Of a DNA stretch of 47,167 bases, positions 18,216-26,561 are shown piece after piece. The translations under genes and the position numbers were made by a program. The stretch is taken from positions 1 through 47,167 of IMG/VR virus record IMGVR_UViG_3300040971_000176, one strand, 5' to 3'. The notes below the pieces were generated by a model, which ran no database searches, was not told the origin of the DNA, and saw nothing but the letters and a program-made list of their open reading frames with translations. The DNA comes from a virus (Duplodnaviria; Caudoviricetes). Position 1 is the first letter of the stretch. Each line of letters starts with the position of its first letter.

Positions 18216-19734
18216 GCCACGGGCTGCAAACGCATACGCCGACATCGACGCGCCATTGCGGCCGCTGCCTATGGCCGAGGCTCTGGAGTATTGGCGCAGC
18301 AAGGTCCAGTTGCCACCCAGGGAGTTCTACAGACTGGCCGAGCAATACAGGGTTCGGGCCTTCACGGTCTCGCGCCTGGCGCGGGCGGACATGCTCGGGG
18401 AGATCTTTGAATCCATAGAGAAGGCTCTGGCGGAGGGGGTGAGCTTTGGGGCCTGGAGGAAGTCCTTAGCGCCGGTCTGGGAGGAGAACGGGTGGACGGG
18501 AATCCGCGCTTGGCGCGTGGACAACATCTTTCGCACGAACATTCAGACGGCCTACAACGTGGGGCGTTACAAGCAGATGCAGGCCGTGGCCAAGGCCAGG
18601 CCCTTCTGGCAGTACAGCGCGGTCAACGATTCCCGCACCAGGCCGACGCACCGGGCACTGCACGGGCGCGTTTATCGCCACGACAGTCCATTCTGGGACA
18701 CCTTCTATCCGCCGAACGGCTTCCGCTGTCGGTGCAAGGTCAAAACCCTGTCAGAAAGGCAGGTCAAGGAACGCGGTTTAACGGTGCATGAGGGCAACGG
18801 CCTGGGCGAACTGATCGAGCCCGTGGGCCCGAGCGGTCCCATGCCGGCGCGGCCGCTGATGCCGGATAAGGGGTTCGAAGGGAACCCGGGCAAGGAGGCG
18901 TGGGTGCCGGATCTGTCCAGGTACCCGGATGTGCTGCGGGAGAAGCTGGAGAAATCTCTACCGCCCATTCCAGCTCAGCAGGACGTGCTCGCGGCGACTG
19001 CTCCCACCACACTGAAGGTGCCAGAATTCAAGAGCGTCAAAGAGGCTGAATCGTGGGCAGTCAAGAATGACCTGGTCGACTACGCCGACTTTACCGGGGC
19101 GAAGGTCGAGGTCGTGTCTGAGTGGCTGCAGAGCCTGGCGGACCACATCCGTGAGTTTCCGGCGTTGCGCCAAAATCAGAAATTCGTCGGCACGTGCCAG
19201 GCTCAGATCGCCAGATGGAGAAAGCTTGAGATCGACAATATGGCTGCAAAGTTGAAGGCCGCAAATCCAGATCGAGCTGACGACTTTGCGAAGATCGCCG
19301 AACGCTATGTGCCGAGCAAGAAGGTTCCAAGCCAGACCCTGGCTTTCTCCTGGTCGCAGAAAAACGTCTCAGGTGTGTCGGTGAACAAACGATGGGCTGC
19401 GAGCCCAGAGGAGTTCAAGGACGCCTTGCGCCGCAACGTGGAAGTAAGGTTTCACCCAGTCGGCTGTGACACGATCAGGAGCGTCGTCGACCACGAGTTG
19501 GGACACCAGCTGGATCAGCTTTTGGCCCTGCGCGTTGACCAGGAAATTGTGACGGCATACAGGGAAGCTATGGCAGCTGGAATGACAGAACAGGTTTCCA
19601 CTTATGCAAAAACGAACATCGCCGAATTCATCGCCGAATGTTGGGCAGAAGCACTCAACAATCCCGCCCCGCGCGAGTATGCGCGACGGACATCAAATAT
19701 CATCAGGAGCAGATATGCCAATCAATATCCCTGA
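18205..19734 (+). CDS. MuF minor head protein fused to a C-terminal zincin-like metallopeptidase
   Basis: MuF core (IFRTNIQTAYN, DSRTRPTH, PPNGFRCRC) then about 250 extra aa with VVDHELGHQLD and STYAKTNIAEFIAE. Confidence 0.85.
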   Translation: MKRKPRAANAYADIDAPLRPLPMAEALEYWRSKVQLPPREFYRLAEQYRVRAFTVSRLARADMLGEIFESIEKALAEGVSFGAWRKSLAPVWEENGWTGIRAWRVDNIFRTNIQTAYNVGRYKQMQAVAKARPFWQYSAVNDSRTRPTHRALHGRVYRHDSPFWDTFYPPNGFRCRCKVKTLSERQVKERGLTVHEGNGLGELIEPVGPSGPMPARPLMPDKGFEGNPGKEAWVPDLSRYPDVLREKLEKSLPPIPAQQDVLAATAPTTLKVPEFKSVKEAESWAVKNDLVDYADFTGAKVEVVSEWLQSLADHIREFPALRQNQKFVGTCQAQIARWRKLEIDNMAAKLKAANPDRADDFAKIAERYVPSKKVPSQTLAFSWSQKNVSGVSVNKRWAASPEEFKDALRRNVEVRFHPVGCDTIRSVVDHELGHQLDQLLALRVDQEIVTAYREAMAAGMTEQVSTYAKTNIAEFIAECWAEALNNPAPREYARRTSNIIRSRYANQYP

Positions 19735-19840
19735 CCTGACCTTGGACGAAGGGGAAATCACCTCTGGCCTTTGCGTAACTCCCGAGGAGCAGGAGAAGTT
19801 TGACAATAACCAAGTTGGCCGTCCCCCAGAAGATGAATGA
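19715..19840 (+). CDS. 41-aa acidic peptide overlapping the MuF stop (candidate immunity protein)
   Basis: AGGAG SD; MPINIPDLTLDEGEITSGLCVTPEEQEKFDNNQVGRPPEDE. Confidence 0.45.
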   Translation: MPINIPDLTLDEGEITSGLCVTPEEQEKFDNNQVGRPPEDE

Positions 19841-20262
19841 GGAAAACGAGCATGTGCGACAACATCGATCTCTTCAACAAGTGCTGCGTGGCAATCCTCG
19901 GGAAGCTCTACCGCGAGTTCCCGGTACCAACCCAGATCACCTCTGACGAGGCTGTGCTTCTGGTTGGTATCGACAACAATGATAAGCAAGGTCGCTACGT
20001 ATTTATTGAGACGGTGACTTTCCTGAATCAGGAAGAGTATTTGATCTTCGAGTCGGCCATAGGATCTAGGAGCAAGGACGATCGTATCTTTCGAAATATC
20101 CGCCTGACCAGCAAAGGCCTGACCGCTCTGAACCGCACGCCCAAAGAACTGGAACATGCGCCAAGCATCGGCGAACGCATCTCCGGGTGGACCGGCGAAC
20201 TCATCAAGGATGCCTCCAGGGAGGCCGTCAAGGGTGCGGTCCAGGCTTTTCTGGGCGGATAG
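19837..20262 (+). CDS. Hypothetical winged-helix-like moron protein
   Basis: TVTFLNQEEYL...IRLTSKGLTAL; ATGA overlap; followed by a terminator. Confidence 0.65.
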   Translation: MRKTSMCDNIDLFNKCCVAILGKLYREFPVPTQITSDEAVLLVGIDNNDKQGRYVFIETVTFLNQEEYLIFESAIGSRSKDDRIFRNIRLTSKGLTALNRTPKELEHAPSIGERISGWTGELIKDASREAVKGAVQAFLGG

Positions 20263-20281
20263 CCCAACATCCTTTCCTTCG

Positions 20282-20316
20282 AAGCCCCCTTGGTAAAACT
20301 TGGGGGCTTTTCCTTT
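20282..20316 (+). terminator. Intrinsic terminator
   Basis: AAGCCCCC...GGGGGCTT followed by TTCCTTT. Confidence 0.65.
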
Positions 20317-20344
20317 CCGTGCCCCCCTCGTTTTTGCCCGTCGC

Positions 20345-20446
20345 TCTAAAATCAATTCTCCAGCGTTTTGGACGCTGCCCCCTTCCCTCGGGTCGCATTT
20401 TGACCCAGCGCAAAATCTAACGGGGGGTTAACGGGGTAAAAACGGC
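20345..20446. other. Candidate strong gyrase site (SGS)-like cis element
   Basis: Noncoding, near the genome centre, upstream of the protease operon as for the Mu SGS; motif shared with 42681-42775. Confidence 0.45.
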
Positions 20447-20530
20447 ATGTCCGCCCCTCGGACAGGTAGCCCCTGCCAGCCTTCTCTTGCCTCTCGAACA
20501 TCCCCTCATACACGAAAATCGGTTTCGTCT

Positions 20531-20579
20531 CGCCAGGAACCCGTGCCGTCCTGCGCCGCGCGTGCGTCTTGCCTATGGT
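20531..20579 (+). promoter_or_regulatory. Putative activator-dependent late promoter (PI-like)
   Basis: CGCCAGGAA-N6-CCGTC then TATGGT 23 bp downstream; matches 11771. Confidence 0.55.
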
Positions 20580-20617
20580 TTCGCCACATAACCCGGCCGT
20601 CCGGGAAGGAGGAGTGG

Positions 20618-20896
20618 ATGAAGAAACAGGAACTGGTTTCGGCCTTGGCCGAAGCCTCGGGCCACAGCAAGGCCGCATGTGAGCGGGTCCTCGACGCCCT
20701 GGCCACTGCTGGCCACGCTGCCCTTTACGAGGGCAAGAGCCTGAATCTGCCCGGGCTGGGCAAACTCAAGCTCAAGCAGCTGGCGGCCAGATCCATCCAG
20801 ACGCCGCAGGGTGTGGCCATGGATGTACCGGCCAGGACATCGGTCAAATTTCGCCCCGCCAAGGCACTCAAGGACATGCTGGAGGCCGAAGAATGA
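20618..20896 (+). CDS. Phage-encoded HU-family DNA-binding protein
   Basis: AGGAGG SD; MKKQELVSALAEASGHSK...LPGLGKL...VPARTSVKFRPAKALKD. Confidence 0.9.
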   Translation: MKKQELVSALAEASGHSKAACERVLDALATAGHAALYEGKSLNLPGLGKLKLKQLAARSIQTPQGVAMDVPARTSVKFRPAKALKDMLEAEE

Positions 20897-21888
20897 AGCG
20901 CCTGGCCGTATCGGCTTCGGGCCTGGTCCGCGCACTCAATTCCATGGGCGTGGACGCCGTGGCCATCAACTCCCAGGTCTTGCCAGCATCCGGCCAGGCC
21001 CCGGAGTGGATTCCGTTGATCCCGGCCGGTCAGGTCGTCGGGAGGGATGGTCGGGAGTGGGTCAACGACCAGCCAGAGCTGGTGTTACAGGCGTTTGCTG
21101 TCAATGCTCTAGATCTGCCTTTGGACATGGAACACGCCACGGAACTCAAGGCGACCCAGGGCGACCCGGCGCCAGCGGTTGGCTGGATCAAAGAGTTGCA
21201 GAACCGTGGCGGCCAGATCTGGGGCCGCGTCGAATGGACTGACGCAGGACGCAACGCGGTGGAATCCAAGGCCTACCGGTACGTCAGCCCGGTCATTGTC
21301 TTCGAGCGGGCTTCAAAACGGGTGGTGGCTCTCACTTCTGTGGGCCTGACCAATCGCCCGAATCTCTTTTTACAGGCCCTCAATGGGCAGGAGGATCATA
21401 TGAATTTGGAAGAACTGCTGGCCAAACTCGGTCTGCCGAAGGGTACGACATTCGAGGCGGCCATGGCCCATATCGGCCAGCTCAAAGGCGATCTGGAAAC
21501 AGCGCGGAACGCCACCCCGTCCCTGGACAAGTTCGTGCCACGCGCGGATTACGACGCCGCCCTGTCCCGCGCCACGAACGCCGAGCAGGGCCTGGCCAGA
21601 TTGAACAAAGAGGCCAAGGACAAGGACATCACCGTCGCCATCGACAAGGCCCTGGCCGAGGGCAAGATCACCCCGGCAACAGTCGAGTATCACAAGACGC
21701 AGTGTGCCCAGGAAGGCGGGCTGGAACGCTTCGCAGAATACTGCAAGGCCGCGCCGGTGATCGGGGATCCATCCAAGATGGACGGCAAGCGGCCCGAGGA
21801 CCAGGGGAAGGCGCTGAATGCCGAGGAACAGCGCATAGCCGAAATGTTCGGCAACAGCACCGAAGACCTGCAGAAGTACGGGAAATAA
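20893..21888 (+). CDS. Prohead protease (Mu gpI-like)
   Basis: GRDGR, LDMEHAT, PAVGWI, VEWT, YRYVSPV, GLTNRP. Confidence 0.92.
   Translation: MKRLAVSASGLVRALNSMGVDAVAINSQVLPASGQAPEWIPLIPAGQVVGRDGREWVNDQPELVLQAFAVNALDLPLDMEHATELKATQGDPAPAVGWIKELQNRGGQIWGRVEWTDAGRNAVESKAYRYVSPVIVFERASKRVVALTSVGLTNRPNLFLQALNGQEDHMNLEELLAKLGLPKGTTFEAAMAHIGQLKGDLETARNATPSLDKFVPRADYDAALSRATNAEQGLARLNKEAKDKDITVAIDKALAEGKITPATVEYHKTQCAQEGGLERFAEYCKAAPVIGDPSKMDGKRPEDQGKALNAEEQRIAEMFGNSTEDLQKYGK
21400..21888 (+). CDS. Scaffold protein from an internal in-frame start (Mu gpZ-like)
   Basis: AGGAGG SD at 21389-21394 before the in-frame ATG (MNLEELL...), mirroring the Mu I/Z arrangement. Confidence 0.7.
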   Translation: MNLEELLAKLGLPKGTTFEAAMAHIGQLKGDLETARNATPSLDKFVPRADYDAALSRATNAEQGLARLNKEAKDKDITVAIDKALAEGKITPATVEYHKTQCAQEGGLERFAEYCKAAPVIGDPSKMDGKRPEDQGKALNAEEQRIAEMFGNSTEDLQKYGK

Positions 21889-21899
21889 AGGAGTGACTC

Positions 21900-22412
21900 A
21901 TGGCTGAGCGCAAAACGGAATGGAAGGACGGGCAGCTGGTTGCCCTGAAAGTAGCCGCCTCCACCAAGATTGAGGCTGGCAAGATGGTCGGCGTGAATTC
22001 CGCAGGCTACGCGGTCGAGGCTGCGGACACCGCCGGCATCAAGGTGCAGGGCGTGGCCGAGGAGACCGTGGACAATTCCAGTGGACAAAACGGCGACCTG
22101 GTCGTGCGGATCCGCAAGAACAAGGTCTTCAAGTTCAAGAACTCCGGCACCAACGCGGTGGACGTCGCCGATGCAGGCACGCTTGTCTTCGTCGAAGATG
22201 ACGAGACCGTGGCCGATGCCGCCGGAACCAACGGCGTTGTGGCCGGACTCTGCATAGAAGTCGCCGCTGATGGCGTGTGGGTTGAGATCCCCGCCGCCCC
22301 TCAGGTTGCAACGCAGGCTGCTTCCGCAGCCGCTGATGTGGCCACGTTGAAGACGGATTTCAACGCCCTGTTGACCAAGCTCAAAGCCGCCGGCGTCATG
22401 GCCAGCGCGTAA
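21900..22412 (+). CDS. Head decoration/cement-like protein with C-terminal fibre-like helix
   Basis: Between protease and capsid; VAASTKIEAGKMVGVNSAGYAV; DVATLKTDFNALLTKLKAAG. Confidence 0.7.
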   Translation: MAERKTEWKDGQLVALKVAASTKIEAGKMVGVNSAGYAVEAADTAGIKVQGVAEETVDNSSGQNGDLVVRIRKNKVFKFKNSGTNAVDVADAGTLVFVEDDETVADAAGTNGVVAGLCIEVAADGVWVEIPAAPQVATQAASAAADVATLKTDFNALLTKLKAAGVMASA

Positions 22413-22425
22413 GGAGAACGAAGAT

Positions 22426-23487
22426 ATGAAAAAGGTTTTTTCGACTCTGTGTGTCTGGGCTGTGCTCATCACCGGAGTACTGCTCGCTGCCCCCCTGTCT
22501 GGCGTGGCCGAAGCCGGGAGTATCAACCTGGATCTGGCAGGCCTTGGCATCGGCTTCGCTGGCCTGCTCGTGAACCAGTCGAGCATTTCCGCAATCTTCA
22601 CCAACTTGAAGACCACCTTCAACAAGGCCTTTTCCGAGGCTCCTGCGGTTTGGGAAAAGCTCGCGATGAAGGTTCCCAGTACAGGAACCCAGACCGACTA
22701 CGCATGGATCGAGAACTTCCCGAAGATGCGCAAGTGGATCGGAGACAAGGTCGTCAAGGCGCTCAAGGCGGGCAAGTACGTCCTGGTCAACGAGGACTTC
22801 GAGGCTACCGTCGCCGTGCGTCGCAACGACATCGAGGACGACAACCTGGGCATTTATGCCCCTCAGGCGCAGAATGCAGGTTTCTCCGCCAAGCAGTGGC
22901 CTGATGAACTGGTCTTTGACAAAGTCAACGGCGCGTTCACCACAGAGTGTTTCGACGGGCAGTATTTTGTCGACGACGACCACCCGGTAATCAACCCGAC
23001 CACAGGCGCAGCCGCCTCGGTCAGCAACAAGGGCGCAAAGGCACTGAGCTGCGCCACCCTTACTCTTGCCCAGGGGTCGTATGGCGCGGCCCGCACGGCC
23101 ATGAAGAAGTTCAAGGACGACGAAGGCCGTCCGCTGAACATCACTCCGAACGTCCTGCTTGTCCCCCCTGCCCTCGAAGATACGGCCCGCGCCCTTCTCA
23201 GCAATGACCGTCTGGAGGATGGCAAGCCCAACCCCTACAAGGGCACGGCTGAATTGGTTGTCGACGCCAGACTGACCTCGGACACCGCCTGGTTCCTTCT
23301 GGACACGACCAAGCCTGTTCGCCCCTTCATCTATCAGCCGCGCAAGGAGCCCGTCTTTGTGCAGCAGACAACCCAGGAGAACGACGACGTGTTCATGCGC
23401 GGCGAGTTCAAGTTCGGCTGCGAAGCGCGAGGCGCTGCGGGCTACGGCTTCTGGCAGCTCTGCTACGGCAGTACAGGCACGGAATAA
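22426..23487 (+). CDS. Major capsid protein (Mu gpT-like) with a ~46-aa signal-peptide-like N-terminal extension
   Basis: gpT motifs (YAWIENFPKMRKWIGDK, RNDIEDDNLGIY, DGQYFVDDDHP, AWFLLDT, GYGFWQL); AAGGAG SD before MKKVF. Confidence 0.92.
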   Translation: MKKVFSTLCVWAVLITGVLLAAPLSGVAEAGSINLDLAGLGIGFAGLLVNQSSISAIFTNLKTTFNKAFSEAPAVWEKLAMKVPSTGTQTDYAWIENFPKMRKWIGDKVVKALKAGKYVLVNEDFEATVAVRRNDIEDDNLGIYAPQAQNAGFSAKQWPDELVFDKVNGAFTTECFDGQYFVDDDHPVINPTTGAAASVSNKGAKALSCATLTLAQGSYGAARTAMKKFKDDEGRPLNITPNVLLVPPALEDTARALLSNDRLEDGKPNPYKGTAELVVDARLTSDTAWFLLDTTKPVRPFIYQPRKEPVFVQQTTQENDDVFMRGEFKFGCEARGAAGYGFWQLCYGSTGTE

Positions 23488-23493
23488 TCATCG

Positions 23494-23513
23494 GGCCGGG
23501 AGCGATCCCGGCC
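23494..23513 (+). other. Hairpin after the capsid gene
   Basis: GGCCGGGA-GCGA-TCCCGGCC with no U-tract; possible processing or stability element. Confidence 0.4.
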
Positions 23514-23532
23514 TCCTAAAAATGGAGTGAGC

Positions 23533-23751
23533 ATGATCATCATCACTGCAAAGAAAGACGGCTTCCGGCGCTGCGGGGTGTCCCATAGCGCCAAGCCGGT
23601 CGAGCACCAGGACGATGCATTCACGTCGGAGCAACTGGCTGAACTGCAGGCGGATCCGATGCTCGTCGTTGAGGTCGCCGCCACCGAGGACAAGGGCAAG
23701 GGTCCCGAGGGAGGGGCGAAGAAGGACGGTAAAAAGGCAGACAAGGAATAG
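23533..23751 (+). CDS. HI1506-like (Mu gp35-like) protein
   Basis: IITAKKDGFRRCGVSH...LQADPMLVV. Confidence 0.8.
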   Translation: MIIITAKKDGFRRCGVSHSAKPVEHQDDAFTSEQLAELQADPMLVVEVAATEDKGKGPEGGAKKDGKKADKE

Positions 23752-23754
23752 CCC

Positions 23755-24186
23755 ATGTACAGTACCGCCGCCCAGATCCTGAAGCTGCTCCCCGAGTACG
23801 AGGTCCTGCAGCTGGCCGACGATGACGCCGCCGGTCTGATCGACGACGCTGCCGTCACCGCCGTGTTGGAGGAGGCCATCGAACAGGCTGACCGGGAAAT
23901 CGACGCTTATGTCGGTACGGTCAAGCGGGTCCCGCTCTCTCCGGTTCCGGCTTTGATCGAGAACCTGTCCACAAAGCTGGCCATCCATCACCTCTACCTG
24001 CGCCGCCCTGGCGTCGCAGAGCCGGATACCTGGCAACGGGAAACCACCAGGTGCATGCGCCTGCTGGAAGCCATCGCCACCGGCAAGATGGCCCTGGGAG
24101 CGGAAGACGGCGCGGCGTCGGAGCCGAGCCAAGGGACGGCCTCGTTTACAGCAAGTGAACGGCTGATGTCGAGGAGAACGCTGTAA
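23755..24186 (+). CDS. Head-tail adaptor (Mu gp36/DUF1320)
   Basis: AIEQADREIDAYVG...LAIHHLY...LEAIATGKMAL. Confidence 0.85.
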   Translation: MYSTAAQILKLLPEYEVLQLADDDAAGLIDDAAVTAVLEEAIEQADREIDAYVGTVKRVPLSPVPALIENLSTKLAIHHLYLRRPGVAEPDTWQRETTRCMRLLEAIATGKMALGAEDGAASEPSQGTASFTASERLMSRRTL

Positions 24187-24623
24187 TGTCCGGTCTGTCC
24201 GTCAAGATCGAGTCCATCCAGATGGAGGCAATGCTGAACGAGCTTGCAGGAAGGATGGATGATCTGACGCCGGTCATGCAGACCATTGGCGAGATCATTG
24301 TGGAGCAGGCGGATACGGCATTTGAAACGGGCGTGGCCCCAGACGGTACGGCTTGGCCAGCATCAGGCCGGGCGCTGGCCACCGGTGGCCAGACTTTGAT
24401 CGACACGGCCATCCTGCGAAATTCCATCAACGTACTGGCGACGGACAACGAGGTCGAAGTGGGAACGAACGTATTGTATGCAGCGATCCACCAACTTGGC
24501 GGCAAGGCTGGGCGTGGGAAGAAAACGGTAATTCCGTCCCGGCCTTTTCTCCCTAACCAGGACAGCCTCGATTGGCCCGAGGTGAAGGCTACGCTTCAAG
24601 ACTTCCTGAAAGGAGCATTGTGA
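24186..24623 (+). CDS. Virion morphogenesis protein (Mu gpG-like)
   Basis: PDGTAW, LIDTAILRNSI, VGTNVLYAAIHQLGG, IPSRPFL. Confidence 0.88.
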   Translation: MSGLSVKIESIQMEAMLNELAGRMDDLTPVMQTIGEIIVEQADTAFETGVAPDGTAWPASGRALATGGQTLIDTAILRNSINVLATDNEVEVGTNVLYAAIHQLGGKAGRGKKTVIPSRPFLPNQDSLDWPEVKATLQDFLKGAL

Positions 24624-25057
24624 TGACCAGATTGGAGCACGAAGACGCGATCGTCGCCATCCTCAAGAAGATGCTGCCAGCTGGTGTCGCTGTGGCGCCG
24701 TTACCCATGGGGCTGTCCGACCGCAAGGCCCTGGACGTACGCGGCAGCGCAGTCTGGGTGGTCTATGCCGGGGGCAAGCCAAAGCCGGGTCAAGACCCGA
24801 AGACCATGATGCACTCTGAGACGTGGGTGTGGTCATGCCTTGTGCTGGCCAAGGAATACCGGTCCGCCAAAGCTGGGGCCGTTACAGCCTTGGGGCTTTT
24901 GGAGGTCGTTAACGCTGCCCTGTCCGGGGCCAAGGTGGACGCGGCTCGCACGCTGACCAGGATGGGGGACCAACTCCTTCGCCTGCCGGAGGGTAGCGGC
25001 CTCATGGGCTATGAAGCCCAATTCGCAATCAACGTATTTGCCCCGCGCGGGGCGTAG
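24623..25057 (+). CDS. Tail terminator-like protein (Mu gp37-like)
   Basis: Position before the tail tube; AVWVVYAG. Confidence 0.6.
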   Translation: MTRLEHEDAIVAILKKMLPAGVAVAPLPMGLSDRKALDVRGSAVWVVYAGGKPKPGQDPKTMMHSETWVWSCLVLAKEYRSAKAGAVTALGLLEVVNAALSGAKVDAARTLTRMGDQLLRLPEGSGLMGYEAQFAINVFAPRGA

Positions 25058-25080
25058 GGCAAAGGCCCGAGGAGAGATCA

Positions 25081-25863
25081 ATGACGACATGGGATAGACA
25101 GACGTATTACTACTCCGGGCAGGGCGTTGTCCTGGTCGGTGACCTGGATGACAATAACAACCTTTTGGGGCTGACGGCACTAGGCAATACGACGGCCCTG
25201 GAGATCGGCGTTGAGGTTTCCGTCGAGGAGCACACCGAGAGCCAGAGCGGCCAGCGCGGCACGGACCTGCGCAAGGAGAAGGAGACAAAGGTCAGCATTA
25301 AGATGACCTGCCAGAACTTTGCCCGCGATGTCTTGGCCATGTTCACGCGAGGCACGGCGACAGACGTTGCCGCAGGAGAAGTCACTGCTGGTGCGGTGGT
25401 CTGCCGCCTCGGCAAGGTCATGCCGCTGCCTCACATCAAGGTCAGCAACGTGGTGCTGGCGAAGGATGCGACGCCCATCGTGGCATACGTGGATGATGCC
25501 ACTCCGTACGACTACCAGCTTAATGCCGACGCGGGCAGCATCAAGTTCGCAGCTACGCCGGCCACGGCCGGACTGGTGGACGATGACGACCTGGCCATCG
25601 CCTACGATTATGAAGCCCAGGGCCAGGTGGACTCGTTGACCACTGGAGCGGTGGCCCGCCTGCTGCGGTTTGAGGGCTTGAATACTGCGGACTCCAACAA
25701 GCCGGTCGTAGTTGAAGCCTTCAAGTGCCAGTTCGACCCGGCCAAGGTGCTCTCCCTGATCTCGGATGAAACCGTTCAGTCTTTCGAGCTGGAAGGATCC
25801 ATCCTGGCGGATCTGACCCGTACCACGGGATCCAAGTACTTCCGCGAACGAGTCTTGCGATAA
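25081..25863 (+). CDS. Major tail (tube) protein, siphovirus-like
   Basis: YYSGQGVV, LGNTTALEI, EHTESQSGQR, LRFEGLNTAD; no sheath gene nearby. Confidence 0.8.
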   Translation: MTTWDRQTYYYSGQGVVLVGDLDDNNNLLGLTALGNTTALEIGVEVSVEEHTESQSGQRGTDLRKEKETKVSIKMTCQNFARDVLAMFTRGTATDVAAGEVTAGAVVCRLGKVMPLPHIKVSNVVLAKDATPIVAYVDDATPYDYQLNADAGSIKFAATPATAGLVDDDDLAIAYDYEAQGQVDSLTTGAVARLLRFEGLNTADSNKPVVVEAFKCQFDPAKVLSLISDETVQSFELEGSILADLTRTTGSKYFRERVLR

Positions 25864-25926
25864 CCTTGGCATAAACACCAGCGGGCCAGGTTCATTAAGA
25901 GCCTGGCCCGATCCATAAGGAACACC

Positions 25927-26394
25927 ATGGAGACACTTGAAAAGATTGCACCGGCACCTTTCGTTCTGCTTGTTGATGACGAATCGCTGGAATTGACCCC
26001 TATTCGGACGCGTGAACTTCCGCGCTTGGTCGCTGCCATCAAACCAATTTTCGCAGACATCAAGGAGCTTTTGCTTTCGTACCAATCACTTGAAAACGCA
26101 CAGCTAGAACAGCGAATCCTGGCCCTTGCCGTGGATAAATCCGACGTTGCTGTGGAGTGCATTATCGCCGCGTGTGCCATCGGATCCAGGAAGCCCAGGT
26201 CATGGGTTGACGATCTCAAACTTGATGACCTGGTGCGCCTTTTTGGGAAGCTCCTGGAGGTGAACGGTGATTTTTTAGCCCGGAAGGTCCTCCCCGTGTT
26301 CACGCAGACGATCGAAGGGATGACCGAGATAGCAGCTGGGCTGAAGCAATCGACGCCCTTGTCGGCGCAGGGTACCGGCTCGACGAAATCCTGA
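25927..26394 (+). CDS. Tail assembly chaperone (gpG-like)
   Basis: Between tube and tape measure; contains an in-frame slippery site T TTT TTA at 26271-26277. Confidence 0.8.
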   Translation: METLEKIAPAPFVLLVDDESLELTPIRTRELPRLVAAIKPIFADIKELLLSYQSLENAQLEQRILALAVDKSDVAVECIIAACAIGSRKPRSWVDDLKLDDLVRLFGKLLEVNGDFLARKVLPVFTQTIEGMTEIAAGLKQSTPLSAQGTGSTKS

Positions 26395-26561
26395 ACCTCC
26401 CCGTGCCTGGGTTATGGGCTCTGGCAGACGCCCTTACAGTCAGGAAGCGCAGGGATGCCGTGCTGCGCGAAATCGAACAAAGCAACGCTGCACGTGCCGC
26501 ATGGCTTGAACCAAAGGATTATGACGCCTACCTGGCGAAGCTGAAAAAGGACCTCGCATGA
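26271..26561 (+). CDS. -1 frameshift extension of the tail chaperone (gpGT-like)
   Basis: The -1 frame opens exactly at the slippery heptamer (TGA at 26268-26270 precedes it) and ends at a TGA overlapping the tape-measure ATG; ...WAEAIDALVGAGYRLDEIL... Confidence 0.8.
   Translation, partial: FFSPEGPPRVHADDRRDDRDSSWAEAIDALVGAGYRLDEILNLPVPGLWALADALTVRKRRDAVLREIEQSNAARAAWLEPKDYDAYLAKLKKDLA

Noticed and set aside
25081-25863. Contractile Mu-type tail
   Set aside because: No sheath or baseplate wedge genes recognised; the layout of tube, chaperone, long tape measure and tip is siphovirus-like
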